Source of the DNA: a virus
Taxonomy: Duplodnaviria > Caudoviricetes
Direction: 5' to 3' (one strand)
Length of the DNA stretch: 52,424 bases
Virus record (IMG/VR): IMGVR_UViG_3300020045_011910
Coordinates: 1 to 52,424 of that record
In this document: positions 33,489-42,578 of the stretch, in pieces
Position numbering within the stretch: the stretch's first letter is position 1
Layout: each line of letters starts with the position of its first letter
Translations under genes and position numbers: made by a program
The notes under the pieces: generated by a model
What the model saw: the letters and a program-made list of their open reading frames with translations, nothing else
Told to the model about the DNA's origin: nothing
Databases searched by the model: none

Positions 33489-34706
33489 TCAAGGTTGCGT
33501 ATAGGGATACAACACCGGCGCGAGCGCGTTGAGAATCGTGGTGAGGCCGCTACTCGCCCCAGGCGTATAGGGCGGATTGCTCAAGGGAGGCGCCTCAACG
33601 TGTGGCATCAGACACGGATACCCTTCGTCGCATTCCGACCAGGAGTAGACGAGGAAGCACTGGCAGACAACCACCGTAGGGTTCGCATCAATGTACGCCC
33701 CAATCGCTGTCGCTTGCCCTGCCGCCATGGCGGCAGGCGTGCCCACGCCCCAATTGAGATTCACCCCAAAATTTTGAAAAAGTCCACCGGCCTCAGCAGG
33801 AGGTACCCGATGCAATCGCGCCACAGAAGTTGAGGCAAATTGGAGAATCGGTACCGTAGGGTCTCCCCCACTCTCCATCGTGGTCCAAAAGGTCTGGACC
33901 TGACTATCAAGATCGGCATACGTCTTCGGCGCAGCCACACTGGCCGCAAAGCGCCGATAGTTATACGCGCCAAGGGCATCAGCATTGGCGGCATCCACAA
34001 GGGTATGCCCCGTCGCACCCGTTGCGTGGGCCATAAAGACGACATAGGGGTCTCCATAGCCACGCGCGATGGAACGCACGCGCAAATAATCAATCGCCAC
34101 CCCCATATTCGCCGTCGAGCCATTAAAATAGGTAGCGATATTCGCCGCCACGTAATAGATATAGAGCAATGGACGTGTCGTGAGCACTTTTTCATAGCGG
34201 GCCTGCGCAAAAAGATCAACAATCGCTTCCACGTTGGCATGCCAGTTGACGTCCGAGCTGCCGAAATCGGTTGCCCCGAGATACCCCGGAATAATAATCG
34301 CCGCCCACTGGGTATCGGTGCGCGCACTCGACTGATAGAGGCCATAGGAGGTTTGGAGCGCCGCAAAGGCCGCGCCACTCCCCGGACCCCCTGTGGCGGC
34401 ACGGCTATCATACCAGACAAAGCCAAAATGCGTAAAACCGCTGGCCGCTGCCAGTTGGATTTCGAGGTCCATATCCGCCTGCGTCTGCGTACACTGGGTT
34501 TCGATGGGCGTTGTTTGGACACAATACCACGGCGCATATTGATAATAGTCCGCAGGACCGAGGGCTGCTTGCGCATAGGGATAGCCTGTCGGAGTGCCAA
34601 ATGCAGGCCAATACACTACACCAATCTTCGCGTTCGTGAGCGCGGAAGACGACGACACCGTCCCCCAGAGGATCAGCAGACTGAGCACTCTCCTCCATCC
34701 GCGCAT
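33489..34706 (-). CDS. Secreted glycoside-hydrolase-like TIM barrel (GH71/GH99-like)
   Basis: Signal peptide; DMDLEIQLAAASGFTHFGFVWY, YEKVLTTRPLLYIY and YSWSECDEG patterns. Confidence 0.65.
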   Translation of the reverse strand: MRGWRRVLSLLILWGTVSSSSALTNAKIGVVYWPAFGTPTGYPYAQAALGPADYYQYAPWYCVQTTPIETQCTQTQADMDLEIQLAAASGFTHFGFVWYDSRAATGGPGSGAAFAALQTSYGLYQSSARTDTQWAAIIIPGYLGATDFGSSDVNWHANVEAIVDLFAQARYEKVLTTRPLLYIYYVAANIATYFNGSTANMGVAIDYLRVRSIARGYGDPYVVFMAHATGATGHTLVDAANADALGAYNYRRFAASVAAPKTYADLDSQVQTFWTTMESGGDPTVPILQFASTSVARLHRVPPAEAGGLFQNFGVNLNWGVGTPAAMAAGQATAIGAYIDANPTVVVCQCFLVYSWSECDEGYPCLMPHVEAPPLSNPPYTPGASSGLTTILNALAPVLYPYTQP

Positions 34707-34709
34707 AGA

Positions 34710-36149
34710 TTATGTCCCCTTAATATCAATGCCCCAGCACGACGCGACGGCATACCAATTGGCATCGTCAGACGCCGTGACTGAGAGGTTGAGTGATTTA
34801 TTCGTATCGTCTGCCGCCGCAGTCACGGCCAGCGTGCCCAGTGTGCCTGCTGATTCGATCAGCGTAACAGTCGTATTGCTCAGGCTATACGTACCCCCGC
34901 CATTCCGCGTGGCGCGGGCAGGCCCGTAGCTGTACGTGGCCCAATCCGTATGACACGCCGCTGGATTACACACGGAGATGATACACCGATCAATCAATGC
35001 CCCGCGATTATTCGCGTTCAACGTAAACGGCGTGGTGCCTGCGCCGGCTGCTGCTGCATCCGTCGTCAGACGCGTGGCGGTCGTGGCGGTGATATTCGCG
35101 CGAAATGTTCCTAAACGATACTGTGCCTCTCCCCCAGCACCACCAAAACTCCCCGTTCCCTGAAAAAACGTATTGCGTGTTGAGAAATCAGAGCCAGCAG
35201 CCCCCATACCTACACTGTTAAGTCCACCAATCGAATTGCCCGTTCCCGTGCCGAAGGCGGCTTGCCCCGTCGCCGTATTTGATTGCCCAAATGCTGCACT
35301 ATATATTCCTGTTGCACTATTTTGGCAATTTGCAGTAAAAGAATTCGTCCCACTCGCAATTCGTGCAGCAATGTACGTACAAGAAGGCAGTTGCAAATCA
35401 ACCGCGCCCAGGCCGATCGCTTCGCCAGCGGGCGTCCCCCCAGTAATCCGTGTAAAAATACCCCCATTCGTGCCCGGTAACAGCTGCAGAGACACACGCG
35501 AACCTGAATCGAGGACACGGGTAACGGTAGGAAAAGCTGCTTGTGCTGTGCCAACACTCCGAATCCGCAGGATCGGTGTCAGAAAGTCCCCGTTGCCCCA
35601 ATCCAGCGAGCCTGCCCCCCTGCCAGCGAGGGTCAAATTCACATCCGCCGTCCCCAGCGTCGTGCCAGCGGTGATCGTGGCTCCAACCCCCGTCGCGCCT
35701 GCCCGCATTTCTGGGTACTCATCAGCCGCGAGCGTAGACCCTACTACAAACTGCGTGGACCCATCCGTGGTATTGACCGTCAACGGGTTCGCAACGGTGG
35801 TGCCGTTAATCGTCACCCCAGCCTGTTTTGCCGTAAGCGTCGGCTCATCGCCGTCTGTGCCCGTCTGCACAAAGACCGCGTCCGTCGTGCCCGTGCCGCT
35901 GGTGCTGCGCAAGGTCAGCGAGGCCGTGGCGCCCGTTCCGCCCACGACTAACGGTCCCGTGAGCGACGTACTGAACGTACACGAGGTCGCCGCCGCAAAC
36001 AGCCCCGAGCCGCCGTTACATTGCAGGGTACCAGTGGCGCCAGCAGGAAGCCCACTCCCGCCGCCACTGAAAGGTGGACGCGGCACCTGAGCACAGAGCG
36101 AAGTAACCGAGAGTAACGTAATAAGTAAGGCAGTAATTAGTCTATTCAT
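34710..36149 (-). CDS. Gly/Thr-rich fibre/adhesin-like protein with signal-peptide-like N-terminus
   Basis: YadA-head-like repeats (NSATGIYSAAFGQSNTATGQAAFGTG); MNRLITALLITLLSVTSLCA leader. Confidence 0.55.
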   Translation of the reverse strand: MNRLITALLITLLSVTSLCAQVPRPPFSGGGSGLPAGATGTLQCNGGSGLFAAATSCTFSTSLTGPLVVGGTGATASLTLRSTSGTGTTDAVFVQTGTDGDEPTLTAKQAGVTINGTTVANPLTVNTTDGSTQFVVGSTLAADEYPEMRAGATGVGATITAGTTLGTADVNLTLAGRGAGSLDWGNGDFLTPILRIRSVGTAQAAFPTVTRVLDSGSRVSLQLLPGTNGGIFTRITGGTPAGEAIGLGAVDLQLPSCTYIAARIASGTNSFTANCQNSATGIYSAAFGQSNTATGQAAFGTGTGNSIGGLNSVGMGAAGSDFSTRNTFFQGTGSFGGAGGEAQYRLGTFRANITATTATRLTTDAAAAGAGTTPFTLNANNRGALIDRCIISVCNPAACHTDWATYSYGPARATRNGGGTYSLSNTTVTLIESAGTLGTLAVTAAADDTNKSLNLSVTASDDANWYAVASCWGIDIKGT

Positions 36150-37120
36150 GGATGTCTTACTCCGAGATTCTTTATTCCGCCCTCACTCATGTCTAGTGCA
36201 TCCCTAAATTTGATGACACCGATGGGATTTGTTCCTGCAAGTACGACATAGAGTCCACGCTGCACGAAAATGGGACGAAACGCCTGGTACATAAGTACGC
36301 GGCGACTCAGATCAGAAGTATCGGCAGTGTCCGTGTCCCACATGGTCATGGTTTCATCCATCGCGGCACTGAGAATGATGTCAGCTTCAAGCGCCGACCC
36401 AGGGCCGAGGAGCACGTGCCCTGATTTTGTAGCAATGCGCGTCATGTCAAAGCGCTTAGTAAAAGCACCTATCCTCGTATCATCGCAGACAACCTGGTCA
36501 AGAAGAATCCGTCCCCGAGTCGTTCCCGCGTCGATACCGATAGACCCCAACCAGGCTTGCGTGAGAGCTGCACAGGTGATACCTGTAATTTGTGCACCAA
36601 GTTGGTAGTTATCGAGAAAGACCGTGCATGTGGCGTTGACACCTGTGCCCGTGTTGATAACAAGTTCGGCGCAGTGCCAGGTATTGAGGGTAATAGGACT
36701 CGTGCGGAAAGTACCCGCTCCGCCGTCACCGGCGCGAAAGGTAATAACTCCAGCGTTGTTTTGAATATTGGCGCTAAATTCCGTTGTAGGACCAGCCGAC
36801 TGCCAGCGAAAAAGGTCAAAGGTGTCGGATGCTGCCATAACCAGGTCAGAGCTTAACCAGAAAAAGAAACGCGCTGCTGCAGCCGTGTTCGCCGCGACAT
36901 CGAAGCCGTCATCTTCCTGGTAATAAGCATCAGCAGTACCTAGTGCCAGGTCAATAAGCGCGGCATACGCGCCCCTATAGGGTACTGAATCGACGAAAGG
37001 CAGTTTCGCTGTGACTGAGTAGTGCTCGACTGACAACTTACTTTCAGTATCAGTCTCCGAATTGAAATTTCCCAAAGTTCCTTGCTCAAAATCCTCTTGG
37101 AACGCATATGGTAAGGTCAT
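36146..37120 (-). CDS. ConA/LamG-like beta-sandwich virion protein
   Basis: FQEDFEQG, ITLNTWHCAELVI, TVFLDN and ILLDQVV motifs. Confidence 0.55.
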   Translation of the reverse strand: MTLPYAFQEDFEQGTLGNFNSETDTESKLSVEHYSVTAKLPFVDSVPYRGAYAALIDLALGTADAYYQEDDGFDVAANTAAAARFFFWLSSDLVMAASDTFDLFRWQSAGPTTEFSANIQNNAGVITFRAGDGGAGTFRTSPITLNTWHCAELVINTGTGVNATCTVFLDNYQLGAQITGITCAALTQAWLGSIGIDAGTTRGRILLDQVVCDDTRIGAFTKRFDMTRIATKSGHVLLGPGSALEADIILSAAMDETMTMWDTDTADTSDLSRRVLMYQAFRPIFVQRGLYVVLAGTNPIGVIKFRDALDMSEGGIKNLGVRHP

Positions 37121-37139
37121 GGAACACTACTCCTGTATA

Positions 37140-37322
37140 CTACGGCAATGTGGCACGGACAAAGCGTTCTTTGCCTCAAGCAGTTTGCGAAGCCCTACGG
37201 TGACTTCGGGGCCTTCTCCGACCTCCGCAACCATGTCATGTGCCAGGTCATGTTTTTGGCATTTCCAGTTTGAGGTGCGCAAAAGAGAAATACTTCAAAA
37301 CTTGTTCTGTTGCCGGGTGCAC
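37140..37322 (-). pseudogene. Frameshifted small helical-hairpin phage protein
   Basis: Three consecutive frame segments: MHPATEQVLKYFSFAHL / HDLAHDMVAEVGEGPEVTVGLRKLLEAKNA / FVRATLP*. Confidence 0.65.
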
Positions 37323-37323
37323 G

Positions 37324-37470
37324 TCAGTATCCTTTCGATTTTTTACGCACCATGCCCTTTTTGGACATTTTTTTCTTGCTCATTTCCGAGTTCATTGCCT
37401 CTTCTGGATCAGACACGGCGCCTGGTACCTGGCTCGTGCCCGTTTTAGAGTGCTTCATGCCCTTTTTCAT
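37324..37470 (-). CDS. 48-aa Lys/Met-rich peptide (below ORF-track cutoff)
   Basis: MKKGMKHSKTG...MSKKGMVRKKSKGY*; ATGA overlap with previous gene. Confidence 0.55.
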   Translation of the reverse strand: MKKGMKHSKTGTSQVPGAVSDPEEAMNSEMSKKKMSKKGMVRKKSKGY

Positions 37471-37676
37471 TTCTTGCCCTTTTTCTTTTTACTTATGCCA
37501 TGTTTCGCCAAACGTTTCTGGCCACTAGACGAAGCACGTTTTGTGATAGCAGTTGCCTGTGCAAAGGCCGAATCAGGCTCTACCCCTTGACTTTTCAGGT
37601 TCTCTGCTAACTTGCCCCGAGCTTTGCGAGCTATTGTGCCCTGTTTGAAGCTGAGTTTTCGTGCCATCTTGTACAC
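37467..37676 (-). CDS. Small basic protein
   Basis: Lys/Arg-rich; SAFAQATA motif. Confidence 0.6.
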   Translation of the reverse strand: MYKMARKLSFKQGTIARKARGKLAENLKSQGVEPDSAFAQATAITKRASSSGQKRLAKHGISKKKKGKK

Positions 37677-37860
37677 CTTTTACGGCAAGTTTCCACATAT
37701 CGGCGTCTTCGTCGCAAATAACAGGCACGCCAGAAACGTAACCGTTGTGCGCGTCTATGACCATGAAAGAGTTACCGTTGTGATCCTTGATAATGTCGCC
37801 ACGACTCAGTTTCTTGAACTCGTCTTGTGTCACGGTAAATTCTCCCTGGGGAAGATGCAC
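37573..37860 (-). CDS. Hypothetical small protein (start uncertain)
   Basis: TQDEFKKLSRGDIIKD...FMVID SH3-like segment; overlaps neighbours. Confidence 0.45.
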   Translation of the reverse strand: MHLPQGEFTVTQDEFKKLSRGDIIKDHNGNSFMVIDAHNGYVSGVPVICDEDADMWKLAVKGVQDGTKTQLQTGHNSSQSSGQVSREPEKSRGRA

Positions 37861-38615
37861 ACAGCGGGATCACCTGTACCCGGTTTTGCCCAATCGGCAA
37901 AGCGTTCAGAATAGGTGTGGTCAATAGAAAAGATGTGGTCATGATGCACTTCTATGGTTGTGTCCACATAGACATGTGCCCAGGCTTCGGTCTGAAGTCG
38001 CCACACGAACCCTGTGTCCATACAGGCGAGACGTTCCATGGTATTTGGGTTAAAAGTCTCACTGAACCACGGTTGCTTGAGACTCAAGAGGTGGTCACGG
38101 TGAAACATAAGTACACCGGAGCCTATGAAGTTAATTTCTTGCACGTCGCCATCTGCCGGGTTAATAACCTCAACGTCCGGGTTCTCCTGCGTAAGAGCAT
38201 TGCACAGGGAGAGAGAATTGGATGGGCGCTTTTTGAAGCGCCAGGCCATACGTTGGAAAGGCTGCATGTCCTGCCAACCGACATAGCCGCGAGCGGGTAC
38301 AAGTGCAGAGATGACCTCGTAGCCTTCGTTGAACCGAGCTACAAGTCTTTGTAGCATATCTTCAGGGTGTTCCTGATCGGCACCCGTGATACAGATAAGG
38401 TCTGCACCCCAGTTCAAGGCTTTCTCGCACATGTCAATATGGCGACGGGCAGGGCACCAACCCTGCCCCCGGAAGAAACGTACGTCATAACCCTCTGGAT
38501 ATTGCAGGTTCAATTGAGCATCGACATATCTGGTGAACATAAAAGGACTAGACCAGGGTGTACATACAGCCAACTTTAATTGCACAAGCGCTCCTTTTGT
38601 TGGCTTATGATGCAC
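37830..38615 (-). CDS. Glycosyltransferase family 2 (GT-A)-like protein
   Basis: ADLICITGADQ, FIGSGVLMFHR, PWF, MDTGFVWRL and VYVDTTIEVHH patterns. Confidence 0.7.
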   Translation of the reverse strand: MHHKPTKGALVQLKLAVCTPWSSPFMFTRYVDAQLNLQYPEGYDVRFFRGQGWCPARRHIDMCEKALNWGADLICITGADQEHPEDMLQRLVARFNEGYEVISALVPARGYVGWQDMQPFQRMAWRFKKRPSNSLSLCNALTQENPDVEVINPADGDVQEINFIGSGVLMFHRDHLLSLKQPWFSETFNPNTMERLACMDTGFVWRLQTEAWAHVYVDTTIEVHHDHIFSIDHTYSERFADWAKPGTGDPAVCIFPRENLP

Positions 38616-39522
38616 TGGTCAAGGGAATCTGTCCACCACGTGTTTGCACAATATCCGTCGCATAAATCGTGCCAAATGCCATACCAAGACTGGTCCCCGC
38701 AGCTACGATAGTTTCAATAGATACAATTGGTGCTGAGGTCATCACGCGACCACTCGCAAAGAAACCATCGGGCGGTGTAGCGGTCGAAGAAGCGAAATTA
38801 ACAAGTAGAGTATCAAGTCCCACAAGCAAAGCGTCTTCGATCACATAACCTACCTGGGCATCTGCTGCGGAGCGTATGAAATCATTATCAAGTCCGAAAG
38901 CACCAAAGAGCGCCCGAGGACGTATAATCTGCCAATCCGTTAGATGCGCTTCCAGGTCCACACAGCGGTCAGGCCCGTTCGCCGTTCCCATCCAGGTGCA
39001 ATCAATGAGCTGAAACCTGTCTCCCGAAATAGTAAGACCTGCAAGCGGTGTAGCGGCCTGGTCGAACTGGCAACGATTTGCGATAAAATCAGTAGCAGCG
39101 CTACTCAGGTCAACCAGTGCTGTGCAGTTAGACGCCGCACCGACGACGCGAATATTTTCAAGCATGCAATTTGCCGCTGTGACGTTGATGACATCGGCCG
39201 CTGTCGCGTCAGAGGTGAATGTCGGACGATTGCGCCCGATACCCATACCAATGACACGCACTCCGGCTTTGCTCATCGCAATGGCGCTGGTCGTTTCAGC
39301 GTGTCCTGGCATACAAATAACGTAGTCACCTTTGCTAGCGCGTGTCTTCGCAAGCGCCTGGGCAAGTGTGGCCATTGGCCGTAGGGAGTCGTCACCTGTG
39401 TTGCCGGACTTACCCGTGCTCGAATCCACAAAGAACACTTTTCCTGTCGTAAGCACAGGAGAAACATTAAGGTATGGGGCACCGAAACCAGCAAGAAGAC
39501 CAGGATAGGCTGTCAGTGTCAT
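38605..39522 (-). CDS. Beta-helix virion protein
   Basis: VFFVDSSTG...TLAQAL...GDYVICMPGH pectin-lyase-like start. Confidence 0.6.
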   Translation of the reverse strand: MTLTAYPGLLAGFGAPYLNVSPVLTTGKVFFVDSSTGKSGNTGDDSLRPMATLAQALAKTRASKGDYVICMPGHAETTSAIAMSKAGVRVIGMGIGRNRPTFTSDATAADVINVTAANCMLENIRVVGAASNCTALVDLSSAATDFIANRCQFDQAATPLAGLTISGDRFQLIDCTWMGTANGPDRCVDLEAHLTDWQIIRPRALFGAFGLDNDFIRSAADAQVGYVIEDALLVGLDTLLVNFASSTATPPDGFFASGRVMTSAPIVSIETIVAAGTSLGMAFGTIYATDIVQTRGGQIPLTSAS

Positions 39523-39546
39523 AATTTGAACCTTTCTTTGCAGGCT

Positions 39547-40566
39547 TTACAAATTTGCAAGCTCTACGTCGCTATCGTCTACCGGCTCTGCGTACAGAGA
39601 ACCGTACACAGGCTCAGTCTTAGCTTTCGCATCATGCGTGACCTGGAGACGTTCCAGGGCTTTTACGGCGTTGATCCTTGAACGTTCTGGCCACTCACCC
39701 TTACGGATATAATCGTAAAAGTGCCCTGTACTTTCGCCCCATTCTTTACAAAATGTGGTAACAGGTACGTCAATGGCCTTTAACTCGCTTTTTGGCCAGT
39801 CAGAATGCCCTGATGGTGTACCAGGCGCGTCGTCAAAAGGTTCGTTGGTCTTAGTGGACTCCACGACAGGTGTCATACCATGTGCAATCCGCAACTTTAT
39901 CAACGCAGCTTCATATTGTTTTGATGACCAACTCATTTCTTTACAAATTGAGACTTTAGACCAGTCCAGTACCTTAAATTCGAGAAATTTTTGATACTCC
40001 TGTGTGTCCATATCTCGGATAAGGTTCTCTTCTACAACCTCTTCCCATTGAATCTTCTCGTAGTTATCACGGTATACTGGCAAATTGACCCGGTGATTTT
40101 CATCAACACCGTCCCTGATCCCGGCGAGAGAGAGAAAATGCGGCTCTGCGTTGTTAGGGTCAAGAATCTGCTTGATAGTCCGCAACGCGGCCATCTTTTG
40201 ATCGCCGTTATAGGGGCCATAATGCCAACGCATGTACTTATCAATGTTACTCGGAATAGGCCGTTCCATCTCGTCTCTGGTAAGCATGGTGCTTTGAATG
40301 TCAGCTTCCAGGACTTTCGCAGAACGAAACAGCTTGTTCTTTGTCTGGGTATCATACTCAGGTGGCGTGCCCCTTTCCAGCAATTCGGTTTCACGGTCAA
40401 GCTGTTTCTGTAAGGCTTCTTCGTCAGCGACAGCTCGCAAATGAGGATCACTGAGAATAGCGTGAATCTCTGCTCTTGACCGTTCAAGGTCTTGCCGCTG
40501 CTCAGGACGAAGGTACGTCTGCTTTGCCAGTTCTGGAACGGTCAAAGATTGTTCTGATACTAACAT
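39547..40566 (-). CDS. Hypothetical protein
   Basis: 339-aa ORF in the late block. Confidence 0.75.
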   Translation of the reverse strand: MLVSEQSLTVPELAKQTYLRPEQRQDLERSRAEIHAILSDPHLRAVADEEALQKQLDRETELLERGTPPEYDTQTKNKLFRSAKVLEADIQSTMLTRDEMERPIPSNIDKYMRWHYGPYNGDQKMAALRTIKQILDPNNAEPHFLSLAGIRDGVDENHRVNLPVYRDNYEKIQWEEVVEENLIRDMDTQEYQKFLEFKVLDWSKVSICKEMSWSSKQYEAALIKLRIAHGMTPVVESTKTNEPFDDAPGTPSGHSDWPKSELKAIDVPVTTFCKEWGESTGHFYDYIRKGEWPERSRINAVKALERLQVTHDAKAKTEPVYGSLYAEPVDDSDVELANL

Positions 40567-40581
40567 ACGTGTGCTGTGCCC

Positions 40582-40776
40582 TTATCCCTTGTACTCTTTG
40601 CTGCCAGTCGTCGCCCTGGACCGATGACCTTGCATGGATTTCGTGTTCGGTTTGGTAGACATGTTCGATGCACTACCCGAGATTGCATCCTGAAAAGGTA
40701 CGTTTGGTAGCACATGCGTGCCACCTTGCATGCCTTTGAACTGAGGCATTTTGTGACAGGTACCGAGCGATTTCAT
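40582..40776 (-). CDS. Small basic hypothetical protein
   Basis: GGAGGA RBS; 64 aa. Confidence 0.55.
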   Translation of the reverse strand: MKSLGTCHKMPQFKGMQGGTHVLPNVPFQDAISGSASNMSTKPNTKSMQGHRSRATTGSKEYKG

Positions 40777-40808
40777 CGCAAAAATCCTCCACTATGTTAT
40801 ACTAACAA

Positions 40809-40864
40809 CGTCGGGTTGGCCTTGCTAGCCTAAATTTTGTCGCGTGATCGACAAAAGCCCGACG
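40809..40864 (+). ncRNA. c4-like antisense leader RNA upstream of HNH gene
   Basis: TGtTATACT at 40795-40803; stem CGTCGGGT/GCCCGACG with two hairpins; loop CGTGAT complementary to ATCACG at 40879-40884 abutting the GAGGTG RBS. Confidence 0.6.
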
Positions 40865-40886
40865 ACACTCTCTCACCTATCACGAG

Positions 40887-41519
40887 GTGCCTATGAAAAT
40901 CTGCAAACTCAACTCGTGTCAATCTGAATTTTCACCTACATACCCCCGACAATATTACTGCTCATCTGTTTGCTCTCTGGTTGCGAAAAAACAGCATAAC
41001 GTTGAGTATATGCAACGTCAAGCTATCAAAAACCCAGAGCTAAAACGTGAACGAAATCTTGCATATAAAGCAACGCATCGTGAAAAAATTAACAAAGAAC
41101 AACGTGAACGTGCCGTAGCCTACAGAGAAAAACATCGAGAACATTTAAATGCACAAGCATTGATACGCCTCAAAAATCGCCCAGATTTAACTTTACGTGC
41201 TGCTCATCGACGTAGAGCCGCAAAACTCAATGCACCTATTTGCGATTTTACACCGGAGCAATGGATCGAAGTACAAAATGCTTTTCAACATTGTTGTGCT
41301 TATTGTGAACAACCTTTTACTAAACTAGAAATTGAACATATTACACCTTTATCAAAAGGAGGTTCACATACGCTACATAACATCGTACCCGCATGCAGAT
41401 CGTGCAATGCAAAAAAGCATAGAAATGCGGTACCATGTCCCATACAACCCCTACTTTTAACTATTGCACGACCAAAGAATCAACTATTTCAAGCCATCAA
41501 ACAGCCGTTAACTGTTTGA
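40887..41519 (+). CDS. HNH endonuclease (free-standing, counter-oriented; likely start ATG 40893)
   Basis: CAYC...EIEHITPLSKGGSHTLHNIVPACRSCNAKK. Confidence 0.92.
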   Translation: MPMKICKLNSCQSEFSPTYPRQYYCSSVCSLVAKKQHNVEYMQRQAIKNPELKRERNLAYKATHREKINKEQRERAVAYREKHREHLNAQALIRLKNRPDLTLRAAHRRRAAKLNAPICDFTPEQWIEVQNAFQHCCAYCEQPFTKLEIEHITPLSKGGSHTLHNIVPACRSCNAKKHRNAVPCPIQPLLLTIARPKNQLFQAIKQPLTV

Positions 41520-41536
41520 ATTACGCTGTACTCCAG

Positions 41537-42439
41537 TCAAACCCACCTCCAGCCAAACACCAAAAAGGAATAGCGCATATAGCCCGATACCTTGAGTTGA
41601 AAGGTCTCGAAATCAACTACACTCTTGAAATCGGCTTTCGTATGGTCGAACCAGACACTGTTTTCTTTCATCATGCGGTCGTTGACCAGACCCCACTGCG
41701 TAGTAGAAGTCATGTAGAGCGGCACCAAGATCTTCGCTGTATTGGCTTCCGGGTTCATGGTACGCCGGGCGTTGTCCGGGTCTCCAGGCGAGTAGAGAAT
41801 TTCCATACCGCGCTGTTCAAGCTCAATCGGTACTACGAGCGTGTCTGGAATGACGTTGGCAATATAGCCCTGATCGTTGGAGAAACGGCGCATCTTCTGC
41901 CGTTCGGCACGAAAAGAGGTAGGAGCCAGTTCCGCTGTAGTCACGTTATTGAAGCCCACTGCCGTTGAAACGCCGGGAGTACGAGTCGTATGTGAGGCAG
42001 ACGCGATAGGCACTGCTTCTGAGCGGTTGTAGAAATAGGTATCGTTCGATGCCATGAAGTTCCAGAGCCGTGCGCCGTGGACCTGGCGTGTGATAATAGC
42101 AGAGTCCACCATTTTCCGGTAACGATCCCCGCGCATGATGCCAGTCTGGTCGTCGTCCATCATACGGCGTGTCCAGCGCATGGCCTGGTGAAATTCAATA
42201 TGGGTGGCCACAGCATTGTACTGCTCGTAGAACCGCGTGTAAGTGAGGTTGCCCCCGAAAGCCGTCCAGATAGGCAACTCACCGATTGAAGCACGCCGTT
42301 CCTCGAAAGAATCAGAATCTTCCATGCCGAAGAACATTGGAAGTTGATCGACGGTAGACGCCATCTGCTCATCATAGATCTCTCTGTACCGTCTGTCTAG
42401 TAACGTCTGAAAAGAACCAACGTCCATAATATCTGCCAT
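41537..42439 (-). CDS. Major capsid protein (Mu gpT-like; true end possibly 41521)
   Basis: 300 aa; DSDSFEE, WTRRMMDDDQ, IPDTLVVPIELE and MRYSF..GWRW patterns; follows scaffold and decoration genes. Confidence 0.82.
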   Translation of the reverse strand: MADIMDVGSFQTLLDRRYREIYDEQMASTVDQLPMFFGMEDSDSFEERRASIGELPIWTAFGGNLTYTRFYEQYNAVATHIEFHQAMRWTRRMMDDDQTGIMRGDRYRKMVDSAIITRQVHGARLWNFMASNDTYFYNRSEAVPIASASHTTRTPGVSTAVGFNNVTTAELAPTSFRAERQKMRRFSNDQGYIANVIPDTLVVPIELEQRGMEILYSPGDPDNARRTMNPEANTAKILVPLYMTSTTQWGLVNDRMMKENSVWFDHTKADFKSVVDFETFQLKVSGYMRYSFLVFGWRWV

Positions 42440-42489
42440 TACTGCTATCCTTTCTTAGTGTACAGTACGTGTGACCGTGCTATACTCGC

Positions 42490-42544
42490 TGTGCGGCTAG
42501 GGTCTGCAGCCCGAAAGCCTATTCTGAGTGTAGGTTGCCGCATA
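42490..42544 (+). ncRNA. c4-like antisense leader RNA upstream of second HNH gene
   Basis: TGcTATACT at 42478-42486; stem TGTGCGGC/GCCGCATA with two hairpins; loop TCTGAGT complementary to ACTCAGA at 42564-42570 overlapping the RBS and to ACTCAG at 42551. Confidence 0.6.
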
Positions 42545-42578
42545 CTACATACTCAGCACCCGAACTCAGAGGGTTTGT

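Noticed and set aside
33761-34784. Long overlapping ORFs 33840-34784(+) and 33761-34600(-)
   Set aside because: Shadow frames of the GC-rich glycoside-hydrolase-like gene; no motifs.
35173-36090. 305-aa + strand ORF
   Set aside because: Antisense shadow of the Gly/Thr-rich fibre gene, with Pro/Val-rich mirror composition.
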